DNA of 64,000 nt, taken from SAR324 cluster bacterium (GTDB lineage Bacteria > SAR324 > NAC60-12). The notes beneath the pieces were generated by a model. The model had not been told where the DNA came from, searched no databases, and worked only from the letters and a program-made list of their open reading frames with translations. Position numbers and translations under genes: made by a program. Shown one piece after another: positions 8,786 to 18,125 of this stretch (positions within the stretch are counted from its first letter, which is position 1; the number at the start of each line of letters is the position of its first letter). The stretch covers positions 50,918 through 114,917 of the forward strand of contig JAQWOT010000148.1 in NCBI GenBank assembly GCA_029245725.1. Direction: 5' to 3'.

Positions 8786-10021
8786 TCATCTGCTAAGATA
8801 ATCACAAATCGTCGGATTACTCCCGTTATCCCAGGTGCAGTATTCAGTGACACTAGTCTCTCTGTCATCTGTAACTCGCCAAATGACTGTGAGACTGGAG
8901 TTATCGAAGTTTCCCAAGCGGGAGTTTGCTGAAAAGCGATCAACCAAATTTAACGCAGGACTTGTATCCCAACGATATGAAAGTGTGCTGGGTCGTTCAT
9001 CTGAAGCTTCTCCTGAGATATATAAAGTACCGTCTGTCAATTGAAGAGTAATTTTGGAAATTATTGGATCAAATTCAAGGCCGAATCCACCAATTGAAAT
9101 TGTTACCTGCTGATCAAGTTCATTCTCAATCGCTGCCTTGATCTCCGTTCGTTTTTTTTCAATCTCACTCACCACTTCACTTTCAACCACTTGTCCTGAT
9201 TCAGGAATTGCATTTGTGATTGAAGTCACCAGGGAATTCATTGAATCTCTAATTTCATTTTTTACATTTCCGCCCAAAGGGTTCACCAGAGTTTGATCTT
9301 CCAGAATTAGATCAAGAGCGGTTGTGCTTGCCTGGACCAGCGAGTCTGTGGATGTCAGCTCTTCTGAAGGCAAAGTGGACAATTGACTTGCGAAAATCTC
9401 TATGGAACGAAGCTGAGCTGATTGATTCAATGCAATCGAACCCTCCCCTTGCCCCAGCATTCCCGCAAGCCCCTCTACAGTCTTTGCAATGCGGAGAAGA
9501 GGTGCTGATGTCCCTGTAGATGCCGCTATGTCACTGTTCCAGTCTCCTAAAGACTGCAGAGTCTCCTTCAACTCAGGTTCATAAGCCACTAGAGTGGTTA
9601 GAGGTGTGATGTTGGTCACTGCTTGTCCTTCGCTTGGTAGAGGAGCGAGCATCGGCGCTGCCTCTACCTTTTGGCCTGCTGCGTCCAAATAAGTACCTCC
9701 AATAGACATCAGGACTCCTTCACCGGCACCGACCGTTAAGGTATAAGATCCATCATTCCCTGATGTTGTATCTGGCTCACCAGGGTCACGCTGAAAATTT
9801 CCAGTACCGTCTGCTGAGAAACGGTCAAACCAGACTTGGGCGCCTCCCACATAGCCTTGTGCCAACTTACCTTGGACTTTAACAGAGGTAGCTGAGTTTG
9901 ACTCATTTTCCTCTGCTTTACTGCTTGAACCACCACCACCTCCGCCACCACATCCAAGGGAACTCAGCAGACAAATTAGAGAGGCTCCAAGTATTATGTT
10001 ATTGAGCTGCCGTTTCATCAT
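8786..10021 (-). CDS. lipoprotein of unknown function (paralog B), Gly-rich linker after the lipobox
   Basis: Signal peptide with lipobox SSLGC followed by a GGGGGGGSS linker. Paralogous to 7014..8651. Overlaps the stop of the upstream giant lipoprotein by 23 nt. Confidence 0.7.
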   Translation of the reverse strand: MMKRQLNNIILGASLICLLSSLGCGGGGGGGSSSKAEENESNSATSVKVQGKLAQGYVGGAQVWFDRFSADGTGNFQRDPGEPDTTSGNDGSYTLTVGAGEGVLMSIGGTYLDAAGQKVEAAPMLAPLPSEGQAVTNITPLTTLVAYEPELKETLQSLGDWNSDIAASTGTSAPLLRIAKTVEGLAGMLGQGEGSIALNQSAQLRSIEIFASQLSTLPSEELTSTDSLVQASTTALDLILEDQTLVNPLGGNVKNEIRDSMNSLVTSITNAIPESGQVVESEVVSEIEKKRTEIKAAIENELDQQVTISIGGFGLEFDPIISKITLQLTDGTLYISGEASDERPSTLSYRWDTSPALNLVDRFSANSRLGNFDNSSLTVIWRVTDDRETSVTEYCTWDNGSNPTICDYLSR

Positions 10022-12665
10022 AGTAACTGAATATGTAGAATACTCCTACACCACCAGTGACATAGGCGAAATAATAATCATTAGGTTCAGTGAGTGCTGG
10101 AAGCCCAGTGTAGTACTTGACGGTTGTGTTGTAATTCTCATCTTCACGCGCAGTGGTTTTGACACCACTATTAGTGGGATGAATTATTGTATTGATGTCA
10201 GAAGATTTCCTCAGCGTAAAATTGATATTAGGATCAGTCGAAGTGGTTTCAACTGTAATTGAATCAGGAGCTGTGACATTCAATCTAAACGAGTCAGCAT
10301 CTTCCTCATAGAGATAGGACGCTCTACTCTTTCCACTAGGTAAGGGGAGAACAAATTCTCTATTATCATCAGCAACAAATGCTAATCCTGTTGTTAGGTC
10401 ACAAATTATATTGCCGTAGGTTGGAAGTATTGTGTTTAAATCACAGGCAACATTGGAAAAGGTTGTTCCACTCGCTTTATCAAACCAAGTAGTACTGAGA
10501 TCTGCACCAGTCATTGAAATATTGGCTAAACTTGTTGAAACAAAACTCGTCCCAATCAAATTTGTATCAGCAAAAGAGCCCCCTGAAATAGTGCTTTCGA
10601 CAACATCATTATTTTGAAACTGACCTGTAGCAGTCATTCCATTAAAAGTTGAGTGATAAATTAGGTTTTCGTTCATCTGAAGGTTTATGAACATGGAGTT
10701 TTGTATATCAAGCTTGGCCGTTAAACCTGTCAGGGTCAAATTTGAACCTTCTGTCCCTAAAAAAGCTAAATTTGTGTATGGTAAGTTCTGGGTAGTGGGC
10801 GAGTAATCCTCAGGTGAAAATACTGCATCATTGACTGTTGAATCTCTGAAAGTTGTGTTGTAGATCAAAGAATTGATGAATTGTGATCCATCAAAAACAG
10901 AGTTACTAATTTCAACATTTCTCAGGTTAGCACCCTGAAAATTTACATTTGTGAAACTGACATCATCCAAAAAGCTATTTTCAAGCGTAGCATATTTTAA
11001 GTAGCCTCCTTGAAGAATTGCTTTTGTGCCAGGATCTCCAATGCTCCAAGTACCACGATCAAAATATTTTGATTGGAATCCAAGAGCACCGTCTCCATCA
11101 TAGTCACTCCAAGTATGATAATGGCGCCAAACAACTGGTTCGTTTGGATTAGCTATGTTTTGCAAGTCACAATGGTTACAAATACCATCCACTAACAATG
11201 TTCGCCAATTATCCCACGGCAGACTGTTTTTTGGCTTACCGTAAGCTGGCAAAGGATATTCTGAAGCATAAACAAATCCAGTGGATCTATGTACAAAATT
11301 TAATCTCAGATTAGCCGAATAGAGGTCATTCTTATCTATTAGCCCAGAAACTGTTTTCTCAGTTCTTCCATCATCAGTATTTGTAATTTTCAGATAAGGA
11401 GCAGGGAACCCAAGTGGTGTAACTTCCTGGTAATCTAAGTTTGCATAAATCTCTATTTCACTAGACAAGCCCTGAATCTCAAAATCGTAGTATAAATCTG
11501 CGCTATCTGGTGTCATTTCGTATATTAAAGAGATATTATTCAAAGTTGGCATAAAAACTATTTGACTACTTTGGTCAATTGTATCGCCGAAGATATCAAA
11601 GGTGATTTGATTACTTAAACCCAGAGCTTCTGATTTTGTCGAATCTCTTTGGCTAAGTGTGATACTTACACTGAGCTGTACGGGTGGATTTGCAGGTAGT
11701 TGAAATGTCCCTGCAGTGTAATTTTGGACAATCTTACCAGTATTAGAGACACACCAATTTGGATCAGCATCTTTTTCTGCTTGCGAAAGAACAGGGCAAA
11801 CTCTTATCAGATCATTTTCGCCTTTTTCTGCAAATGTAATCGTACCAAATACGTCTTCACACATCCCTTGGTCTCTCGCCTCTGTTGTACAAGTTCCTGT
11901 GACTGTTCCATTGAGTTCGATCAGGTACCCTTGGGGTCCTTTAAACTCAACAATGAAGTTTAGGTTTTGACTTGCTGAATACCTATCGGGTCGATCAATT
12001 TTGGAGATATATGGTATGGCACCAAATCTTGCTTCAGGCTTTAGAATCGGCATCATACGTAGCTGCAAGGGATTCGTGCCGGCTTGAATTTGAAAAGTAT
12101 CAACAGATCCCTCAAAAAGATTTACTGTGAAGTATGTGTTGTCTCCATCGTTATAAGGGGCACTTCCCTCAGCTTTGGGTTCATAGTCGTAGTATGACCG
12201 CCAGCAGCTCCAGAATAGAGTTTCTTGAAATGGAGCTGTAACATCAATTTGCTCCCGACAATCTGATATTTCTGCTTCAGTTGGTGCATCATACGCGACA
12301 GCAGCAAAATCGTAATTTGCTCCAGGAATCACTTTCTCCAACGTACCCACCCAAGCTGAAGTAGGAGTTAAGTCTGCACCAAAGCCGGTAGTCACCAACT
12401 GTAGTTCAATTGTGTCAGTCACCCCCAGTCCATCACTTCTACCATAGGTTAAACTGACCCCAGTCACCTCAAGATAAGTGCCAATATAGCGGCCAGTTTT
12501 GGTCGGCAGTTCCCCAAGAATCACAGTCACGGCTTGTGACTCAGGTTGTTGCTCAACAGATCCTTCCTGCTGGTTGCCATGATCCACACAACTACTCAAC
12601 AGGAGCGTCAGCAGAAAAACGATCGGCCCGATCAGTGTGCGGTGCTTCTTGTTAACTGATTGCAT
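9999..12665 (-). CDS. large (about 888 aa) surface lipoprotein with a pentapeptide-repeat domain
   Basis: Start at MQSVNKKHRTLIGPIVFLLTLLLSSC (lipobox LLSSC). A beta-rich N-terminal region of about 550 aa, then pentapeptide repeats (FTNVNFQGANLRNVEISNSVFDGSQFINSLIYNTTFRDSTVNDAVF..., continuing for about 170 aa). Confidence 0.75.
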   Translation of the reverse strand: MQSVNKKHRTLIGPIVFLLTLLLSSCVDHGNQQEGSVEQQPESQAVTVILGELPTKTGRYIGTYLEVTGVSLTYGRSDGLGVTDTIELQLVTTGFGADLTPTSAWVGTLEKVIPGANYDFAAVAYDAPTEAEISDCREQIDVTAPFQETLFWSCWRSYYDYEPKAEGSAPYNDGDNTYFTVNLFEGSVDTFQIQAGTNPLQLRMMPILKPEARFGAIPYISKIDRPDRYSASQNLNFIVEFKGPQGYLIELNGTVTGTCTTEARDQGMCEDVFGTITFAEKGENDLIRVCPVLSQAEKDADPNWCVSNTGKIVQNYTAGTFQLPANPPVQLSVSITLSQRDSTKSEALGLSNQITFDIFGDTIDQSSQIVFMPTLNNISLIYEMTPDSADLYYDFEIQGLSSEIEIYANLDYQEVTPLGFPAPYLKITNTDDGRTEKTVSGLIDKNDLYSANLRLNFVHRSTGFVYASEYPLPAYGKPKNSLPWDNWRTLLVDGICNHCDLQNIANPNEPVVWRHYHTWSDYDGDGALGFQSKYFDRGTWSIGDPGTKAILQGGYLKYATLENSFLDDVSFTNVNFQGANLRNVEISNSVFDGSQFINSLIYNTTFRDSTVNDAVFSPEDYSPTTQNLPYTNLAFLGTEGSNLTLTGLTAKLDIQNSMFINLQMNENLIYHSTFNGMTATGQFQNNDVVESTISGGSFADTNLIGTSFVSTSLANISMTGADLSTTWFDKASGTTFSNVACDLNTILPTYGNIICDLTTGLAFVADDNREFVLPLPSGKSRASYLYEEDADSFRLNVTAPDSITVETTSTDPNINFTLRKSSDINTIIHPTNSGVKTTAREDENYNTTVKYYTGLPALTEPNDYYFAYVTGGVGVFYIFSYYDETAAQ

Positions 12666-12804
12666 CTCACATCTCTTTTCAAGGGGTTTTTTCTCATTTA
12701 TAAGAAACAATAAAATTCAACTAGATGATTGGTTTGCTTACAACAATATCCTTGCCAAAGCAATTTATTTCACTCCTTATTGAAAAATATTGGGATTTGA
12801 TCTG

Positions 12805-13272
12805 TTACTCCACCAACCTGCGTTCAATTCGGCTCTTGGATACCAGACAAAGCATGTAGAGGATGATTCCGTAAAAAAGCGTGATGAGTGAAATTGCGAC
12901 AGCTGGGAAGAGGGTGTCCTGGCTGAGAACACTCTCCATCTCACGGAGTATCAGGATTGCTCCCAAAAAGGTTCCCAGAATTCCCCAGATCAAGGAAAGG
13001 TTCCAAAGATCTCGCAGACACAACCTCGTGGGCTCCAATTGGCTTTTATCGATGTTCTTGACACTGCCCAGCAGAGCTTTCTAGCTATTGCCGTAGCTCT
13101 TCCAGCCATGCACAGAGATCGTGTAGTAGATGGTGGGCAAGACAACAATGATCAGTGAAGGAATATCGAGGACATACTGGATTTTTTCTGGCATCAGCGC
13201 CAAACGCATGAAATCAAACGTACAGGCAATGAAGATCAGCGCGAACCCAAGCAAATGAGCGATTACCATCAT
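12805..13272 (-). pseudogene. small polytopic membrane protein, with an MotA/TolQ/ExbB-like LGTFLGAILIL helix, interrupted by an in-frame TAG
   Basis: ORFs 13081..13272 and 12805..13038 are in the same frame, separated only by a TAG at 13081-13083. The downstream part has no ATG (TTG only). The joined product is about 155 aa with four predicted TM helices. Confidence 0.4.
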
Positions 13273-13306
13273 CTTTCCCCCTTGATTAAATAGTTTTGGG
13301 GGCTGC

Positions 13307-13600
13307 TTATTGCTCCTGCACTACTGGACCCGAGATGGGGTCCGTTACTCCAAGTTCAGGGCTGATCTCCTCCAGCATGTGCCGGACACTATCCAGAAAG
13401 CCGACCATCGCAGGACGTGCATTGATCAGGGACTCCTGGTTGTCCCACTCGCCGACAGAACAATAGGTGAGCTCTCCTGTTTGGATCAGCCTACCCATCT
13501 GGTATCCAGACGGTCTTTCGAATTCAGCAAATTTACTGACGATCACGTCTTTAAATTCTGGTTTCACACGAAACCGGACGACGTTCATATATTTCGACAA
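13307..13600 (-). CDS. ABM (antibiotic biosynthesis monooxygenase)-like / dimeric alpha+beta barrel protein
   Basis: 97 aa. MNVVRFRVKPEF...ELTYCSVGEWDNQESL pattern resembles the ABM domain. Weak assignment. Confidence 0.45.
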   Translation of the reverse strand: MSKYMNVVRFRVKPEFKDVIVSKFAEFERPSGYQMGRLIQTGELTYCSVGEWDNQESLINARPAMVGFLDSVRHMLEEISPELGVTDPISGPVVQEQ

Positions 13601-13722
13601 CGTTGTCTCCTAAATGCAGGGACGTCAAAGCCCATTGACATATTCTGTAAATCCAGCTCCCATCGCACCAAACATTTCCTTATCCCACCCGAAAAAGCTT
13701 AATATTTGATTAAACGATAAAA

Positions 13723-14058
13723 TCATTTAGTGGGCGCCTGATATCCACTAGACACATCACGCGCCATCGTACAGGCCTTAACCCAGTCTTCAACCGAGAG
13801 CAACTGGATCGTATTGATTCTTGAGCATCCACCAGATGACGCAACTTGAGCCGCAATTGCTGCAGCTGCAACATCATCTGGAAGTTCACAAATTACAATC
13901 GCGTCATCTTCCCCAAAAGCCATCAGGAAGTGAAGCATCTTTCCACCAAAGGTTTCACAGGCCTTGGCGATCATTCCAGATCGGTCAGTTGGATTCTCAA
14001 CCATCGCTTTGATAGAAGCCGACGTGTACGTCGCTTTGTACATGTAGAGTGACATCAT
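13723..14058 (-). CDS. GYD domain protein
   Basis: 111 aa. Y.Y.ATYT...ETFGGKMLHF...GEDDAIVICELPDD..AAAA pattern typical of the GYD family. C-terminal tail SSGYQAPTK. Confidence 0.65.
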   Translation of the reverse strand: MMSLYMYKATYTSASIKAMVENPTDRSGMIAKACETFGGKMLHFLMAFGEDDAIVICELPDDVAAAAIAAQVASSGGCSRINTIQLLSVEDWVKACTMARDVSSGYQAPTK

Positions 14059-14118
14059 TCTCCCTGTTTATGTTGATAGACGGAAACCAATCGACACTAC
14101 AGTCGATTGGTTTATCCA

Positions 14119-14397
14119 TTATTTATTCGGTGCCTGGTACGCAGAAACCACTTTATTAGCAGTTTCCATCGCGGAAGTCATCGATTTGGAATCAATGACT
14201 TCAATCCCTTCAAATCTGGTAAAAGTTCCTGTAGACATCGTTACCATTTCCTCAGCTGTCATACTTTCTGTGTTGCTTTCTGCAATCACTACAATCTCTG
14301 CAGTACTCACACTAAAATAGACACTTTGCATATCGACTCCAACTGCGGCAAAGAGTTTACGAGCAGCAGCTTCTCGGTCTTGTGGGCTATCCACCAT
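14119..14397 (-). CDS. GYD-like domain protein
   Basis: 92 aa. Similar C-terminal architecture and tail VSAYQAPNK, as in the neighbouring GYD proteins. Confidence 0.45.
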   Translation of the reverse strand: MVDSPQDREAAARKLFAAVGVDMQSVYFSVSTAEIVVIAESNTESMTAEEMVTMSTGTFTRFEGIEVIDSKSMTSAMETANKVVSAYQAPNK

Positions 14398-14471
14398 TCC
14401 TTTAAATGCTACATTGCTGTACTTTCCTCTGACAAGATATAAAGATATCTTTTACTCCAAATTAGTAATGA

Positions 14472-14927
14472 TTAGTTATCTATTTTATAGCAATCGTAAG
14501 AAACCTTTCCTGGAGACAACTTACCTTTTGCTACACAAAACAGATTATTTAAGTACTTATACTTTTCTGAAGAAGTTTGCATTCTTGGATTAGTGAATGC
14601 GTAATGATCACCATATTCTGTAGAAATCTCTCCGGCAAGTGCTTTTTGGGTTTTTTCATTAATTACCCAACGACCTGTATACTCTAAATAGATAAGAGCC
14701 CCATCATCAGTTTCTAATGTTAGTCTGACATCTAAAACTAGGCATCCAGAATCATTAATTGTGCCCCACTCTCCACCCATAGAATTTCGCACTATACCTT
14801 GAATACTCGGACCTTTGAATGTTCCACCTGCAGTTTCAATAAACATTCTGTGACCAGTAGGTAAATCTCCCATATCATATGAATGCGGTAGATTAACTGT
14901 CATCTCAAAAAGTTTTTCAAAATTCAT
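14472..14927 (-). CDS. DUF3237-like small beta-barrel protein (tentative)
   Basis: 151 aa. GDLPTGHRMFIETAGGTFKGP...LETDDGALIYLEY pattern recalled for DUF3237. Not verified. Confidence 0.45.
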   Translation of the reverse strand: MNFEKLFEMTVNLPHSYDMGDLPTGHRMFIETAGGTFKGPSIQGIVRNSMGGEWGTINDSGCLVLDVRLTLETDDGALIYLEYTGRWVINEKTQKALAGEISTEYGDHYAFTNPRMQTSSEKYKYLNNLFCVAKGKLSPGKVSYDCYKIDN

Positions 14928-14953
14928 CTTAAGATACTCCTTTTTATACCAAT

Positions 14954-15283
14954 TTAGGACTCTTTGCCGGGGGCTTTATAAACTCCAGAAAACTTGTTCA
15001 TTGTGCCAATAATTGTGTCCAAATCCACAACTGGATAGAACATGATCTCTTCGAACACACCAGACATCTGAATCACCTGCTTCAGTCCCAGAGCTGTTGA
15101 CCAATCAGGCACTTCCATCGTCACACAGACATCCAAGTCTCCTCCCAGAAAATCACAATCAATCAGCTTGGAATCAATTTGAGAGGCCATCCCCTCAATT
15201 TGCTTTACACGGGCTACGTAGCTTGAATCTTTCATTCCTTTGACAGCATCTTCTGAATAGACTCCCAAAATCTTTATTTTCAT
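14954..15283 (-). CDS. GYD-like domain protein
   Basis: 109 aa, C-terminal tail SGVYKAPGKES. Similar size and composition to the other GYD paralogs. Confidence 0.5.
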   Translation of the reverse strand: MKIKILGVYSEDAVKGMKDSSYVARVKQIEGMASQIDSKLIDCDFLGGDLDVCVTMEVPDWSTALGLKQVIQMSGVFEEIMFYPVVDLDTIIGTMNKFSGVYKAPGKES

Positions 15284-15373
15284 ATTTCTCCTTTGCGGAT
15301 GATGAAGCTCTCACTAGCAAGAAAATTAGTGAGAGCTGGTTAATCTGTTATTGTGAGGACTTCTTTATTAGTC

Positions 15374-15778
15374 TTAAGCCCAGTGCCAAATCTCCCACTT
15401 GGCATTTCCGCTTGGATCTACATCCCACTCGTAAATCATTGCTTTGCCATTGAGGCTCATGAGTGAAGGAGCAGTGGTTTCGAAGTAGCAGGCACCGCGG
15501 AATTTAGAGCCACCATCTTCCGTCATTCCACCTGATCCAGTCGCTCGGAAAGTAGCCACTCCGTCAGCAGCCATCACAATACCTGAATTTGGCAATTCTC
15601 CGTACATACTGCCATCTGCCCGCATTTCCGCATAGTAGGTCGACATTGTTTGAACCTGGACACCTGCCAATGTTCCGCTCCCTTGAACAGCCACCTCAAA
15701 CTTGGGTAAGGTGCCCTGGGTGGGGAGGACTTTGTTTGCTGCAGTACAGGTCATCGATCCCATCTTTTCACCTAACAT
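15374..15778 (-). CDS. hypothetical protein (Gly/Thr-rich, predicted beta-rich)
   Basis: 134-aa ORF with coding-like composition and no recognisable motif. Start uncertain (MGSM is an alternative). Confidence 0.45.
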   Translation of the reverse strand: MLGEKMGSMTCTAANKVLPTQGTLPKFEVAVQGSGTLAGVQVQTMSTYYAEMRADGSMYGELPNSGIVMAADGVATFRATGSGGMTEDGGSKFRGACYFETTAPSLMSLNGKAMIYEWDVDPSGNAKWEIWHWA

Positions 15779-15845
15779 AAGAATCTCCTTGGTTTGTATG
15801 AATCAATCGTTTTCAAGCACATATTAGATAGTGCTCTCAGGCAAT

Positions 15846-16193
15846 CTAGTCTGCCATACTCCCAACCACTTCTCCATGCATGATCATTCCCACGGAATAG
15901 TTTGCAATCACCTTTTCCAACATGACTCCAATGTCTTGCCAACCTGCTGAACTTTCCATGTGTGCCTGGCTTCCTTCTAGACCACGGTAGACCTCAGTCA
16001 ATGCCATCATTGTATGACCAGTTGTACCTTCAGAAGGGTCCAAAGGATTTTTCAATTCCGAGGCTTTTGAGATCGTGTAGACCAAAGGGCTAGGCTCAGC
16101 CGGCCCCTGGTGGGTTGCCCGCATCCACTTCTCATGACTGGTAGCCAGAATGGCTTCCACTTCTGGCACTTCGGCGTCGGGTACACGAAACAT
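15846..16193 (-). CDS. hypothetical protein
   Basis: ORF from MFRVPDAEV, about 115 aa. No recognisable motif. Confidence 0.4.
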   Translation of the reverse strand: MFRVPDAEVPEVEAILATSHEKWMRATHQGPAEPSPLVYTISKASELKNPLDPSEGTTGHTMMALTEVYRGLEGSQAHMESSAGWQDIGVMLEKVIANYSVGMIMHGEVVGSMAD

Positions 16194-16260
16194 GAAATTA
16201 AAGGTCCGACAACTTTTATTGATCATTTGTTTCTCCAGTTTGAGATGAAAATAGGAGTGA

Positions 16261-16533
16261 TTATGGCTTCAAAGTCTCTGAGAGCGTTGCAGCTGCATCG
16301 GCATCCGTACCGACAGGAGTCACTTCCAGGTGACAGGTGCGGTTCCATTGTTGGCAATATTTCATGACTGCCTGGTAATCATCCGTCTCCACTACCATGA
16401 AGCCTGTGCTGGATGGCTCATGCCAGCGACCGATCAGCTTCATGCCGTACCATTTTTCCTCTCCACCGGCGAACTGAGTCTGAGTGACATGAATCAGTTC
16501 TTCCTTGATGGAATAAGAGATCTTGAACAACAT
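16261..16533 (-). CDS. DUF3303-like small protein (tentative)
   Basis: 90 aa. GRWHEPSSTGFMVVETDD...EVTPV motif pattern recalled for DUF3303. Not verified. Confidence 0.4.
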   Translation of the reverse strand: MLFKISYSIKEELIHVTQTQFAGGEEKWYGMKLIGRWHEPSSTGFMVVETDDYQAVMKYCQQWNRTCHLEVTPVGTDADAAATLSETLKP

Positions 16534-16612
16534 TTTTCATCCTTTGCATTGAGAGTGTGAATGAGGTCAACATTCCCAATTGAGGGAATGCACTGAAAAT
16601 CGACGCTTCGTT

Positions 16613-16972
16613 TTAGCCTTTGGCGTAAGTGGCTGCCGTAGAACCCTCGAATTCGTAGGCGATCACTTCCTCATCCCCAACAACCCAACCATCGTGACCA
16701 GGACCAAAAACATAGAAATCACCTGCCTTCACATCCAACTCGGAACCATCATCTGAAATTACATGGAGTTGACCTTGTTGAATGAAACCAACATGTGATT
16801 TCTGACAAGACTCAGTTCCAGCCAGTGGTTTGATACACTCAGACCACTTCCAACCTGGTTGCAGGCGGAGCTGAGAGGCCATTTGGCCATTCAACTCAAC
16901 CACTGCCATCCGAGTCTTGTCTGGAGTACGAACGTCTTGAGAGTCCGCAAAATTGGCTTTCATCAAACTACT
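16613..16972 (-). CDS. cupin domain protein
   Basis: About 120 aa from MSSLMKANF. The G(X)5HXH-like SHVGFIQQGQLHV stretch and the GDFYVFGPGHDGW beta-strand region fit a cupin barrel. The ORF-track upstream extension is probably not translated. Confidence 0.55.
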   Translation of the reverse strand, partial: SSLMKANFADSQDVRTPDKTRMAVVELNGQMASQLRLQPGWKWSECIKPLAGTESCQKSHVGFIQQGQLHVISDDGSELDVKAGDFYVFGPGHDGWVVGDEEVIAYEFEGSTAATYAKG

Positions 16973-17099
16973 CATTTGTTTCTCCTGTAATGAGGAAGGG
17001 GAGGGCCCCTGGCATAGAAGGGGGAGGACTATGCCAAGGGCGGAGTGCCTGCAACCACAAAGAGCAGCAGGCAGACACAGCCAAAAGATTGATGTGAAA

Positions 17100-17450
17100 T
17101 CAACTTCCTGGTTTAGAATAGGTAGAAGCTTCCTGCAACGCCTTTGCTCGTTCGAAGAGCGGCACTGCATCTGCAGCTCGCAATGCTGGAAGAGTGGTGA
17201 TTGATTCAATAGCGCCTGATCCTCGAACCAACAAAGCATCAATCAAACTGAGTTCGTTGACATTTTGATCATCAGGAAACTCACTGACGATAATGAAATC
17301 GATCCCACCATTGAGCAAAAAATAGTAGTCAATCAACTTACCACCCAAAGCATCTACCATTTTTCCGAGCGCTTCTGCACGGTTTTCTGGTTTTGCAGTC
17401 AGCCCATTGAGGCCCTCTTTGCTCATCTTGCCATAGGTCACATAGATCAT
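17100..17450 (-). CDS. GYD domain protein
   Basis: Start at MIYVTYGKMSKEG. ALGGKLIDYYF...GIDFIIVSEFPDD fits the GYD pattern. Confidence 0.65.
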   Translation of the reverse strand: MIYVTYGKMSKEGLNGLTAKPENRAEALGKMVDALGGKLIDYYFLLNGGIDFIIVSEFPDDQNVNELSLIDALLVRGSGAIESITTLPALRAADAVPLFERAKALQEASTYSKPGS

Positions 17451-17479
17451 TGTACTCTCCGCAGTTGGTTGGTTTTGTA

Positions 17480-17752
17480 TCAATCTGCTAGGGGAACCAT
17501 TACGGTCGATTCAACAATGTGTCCTGCTTTTTCAATAGTGGCGGCGTTCTCTGGACTCTGCATGAAGGCCTGCATTGTGGCCATGTCTGCCACTTCAAAC
17601 ATCAAATGGACTTTCTGCAGATTAGCAGCCTCGACACCTACGAAAACGTCTTTGATATTGGCAGCGTCTCTGGCGGCTTTGTGTTCATCAAAGACTGCTT
17701 TCCACTCAGCATAACTTTTGGAGATTTCAAAATTGATCAAGAGTCTCATCAC
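17480..17752 (-). CDS. hypothetical small protein (ferredoxin-like fold family suspected)
   Basis: 90-aa ORF. Its stop lies just upstream of the GYD gene start. Confidence 0.4.
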   Translation of the reverse strand: MMRLLINFEISKSYAEWKAVFDEHKAARDAANIKDVFVGVEAANLQKVHLMFEVADMATMQAFMQSPENAATIEKAGHIVESTVMVPLAD

Positions 17753-18125
17753 TCACTCAGTAGAAAAGTTTGGTTTATAGAAAATTAAGATTTGGTTAGG
17801 AATAAGGTGCAATGAGTTCAACAAATATCTTTGAAAGAAATAGAACTTGGCTAGAAAAAATGAAAATATCTGTTTTTATTCAATTTCTGCCTCTTGATAT
17901 TTCATGTCTATACGGTGTGAAAAATTGCGATACGTTTTTTTATCAGGCTTTTTGTACCGACTGAGAGATAGACAGTCAATCAAAAATCTAGAAGTATTTC
18001 AAAAGAACCAATCGGGAAGCTTTTCTGTGGAATGTGGAATGGGCATCATGAGAGGATCGTCCGATTGGTTGAACCAATCGGACTGCAAAATAAGCTTTTT
18101 GGCGGAGCCAAAAGTTCTGGGGGTT

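Noticed and set aside
9934-9960. GGN triplet run (encoding CGGGGGGGSS) in lipoprotein B as a possible phase-variation tract
   Set aside because: It is a mixed-codon triplet repeat that preserves the frame, not a homopolymer. It most likely just encodes a flexible Gly linker after the lipidated Cys.
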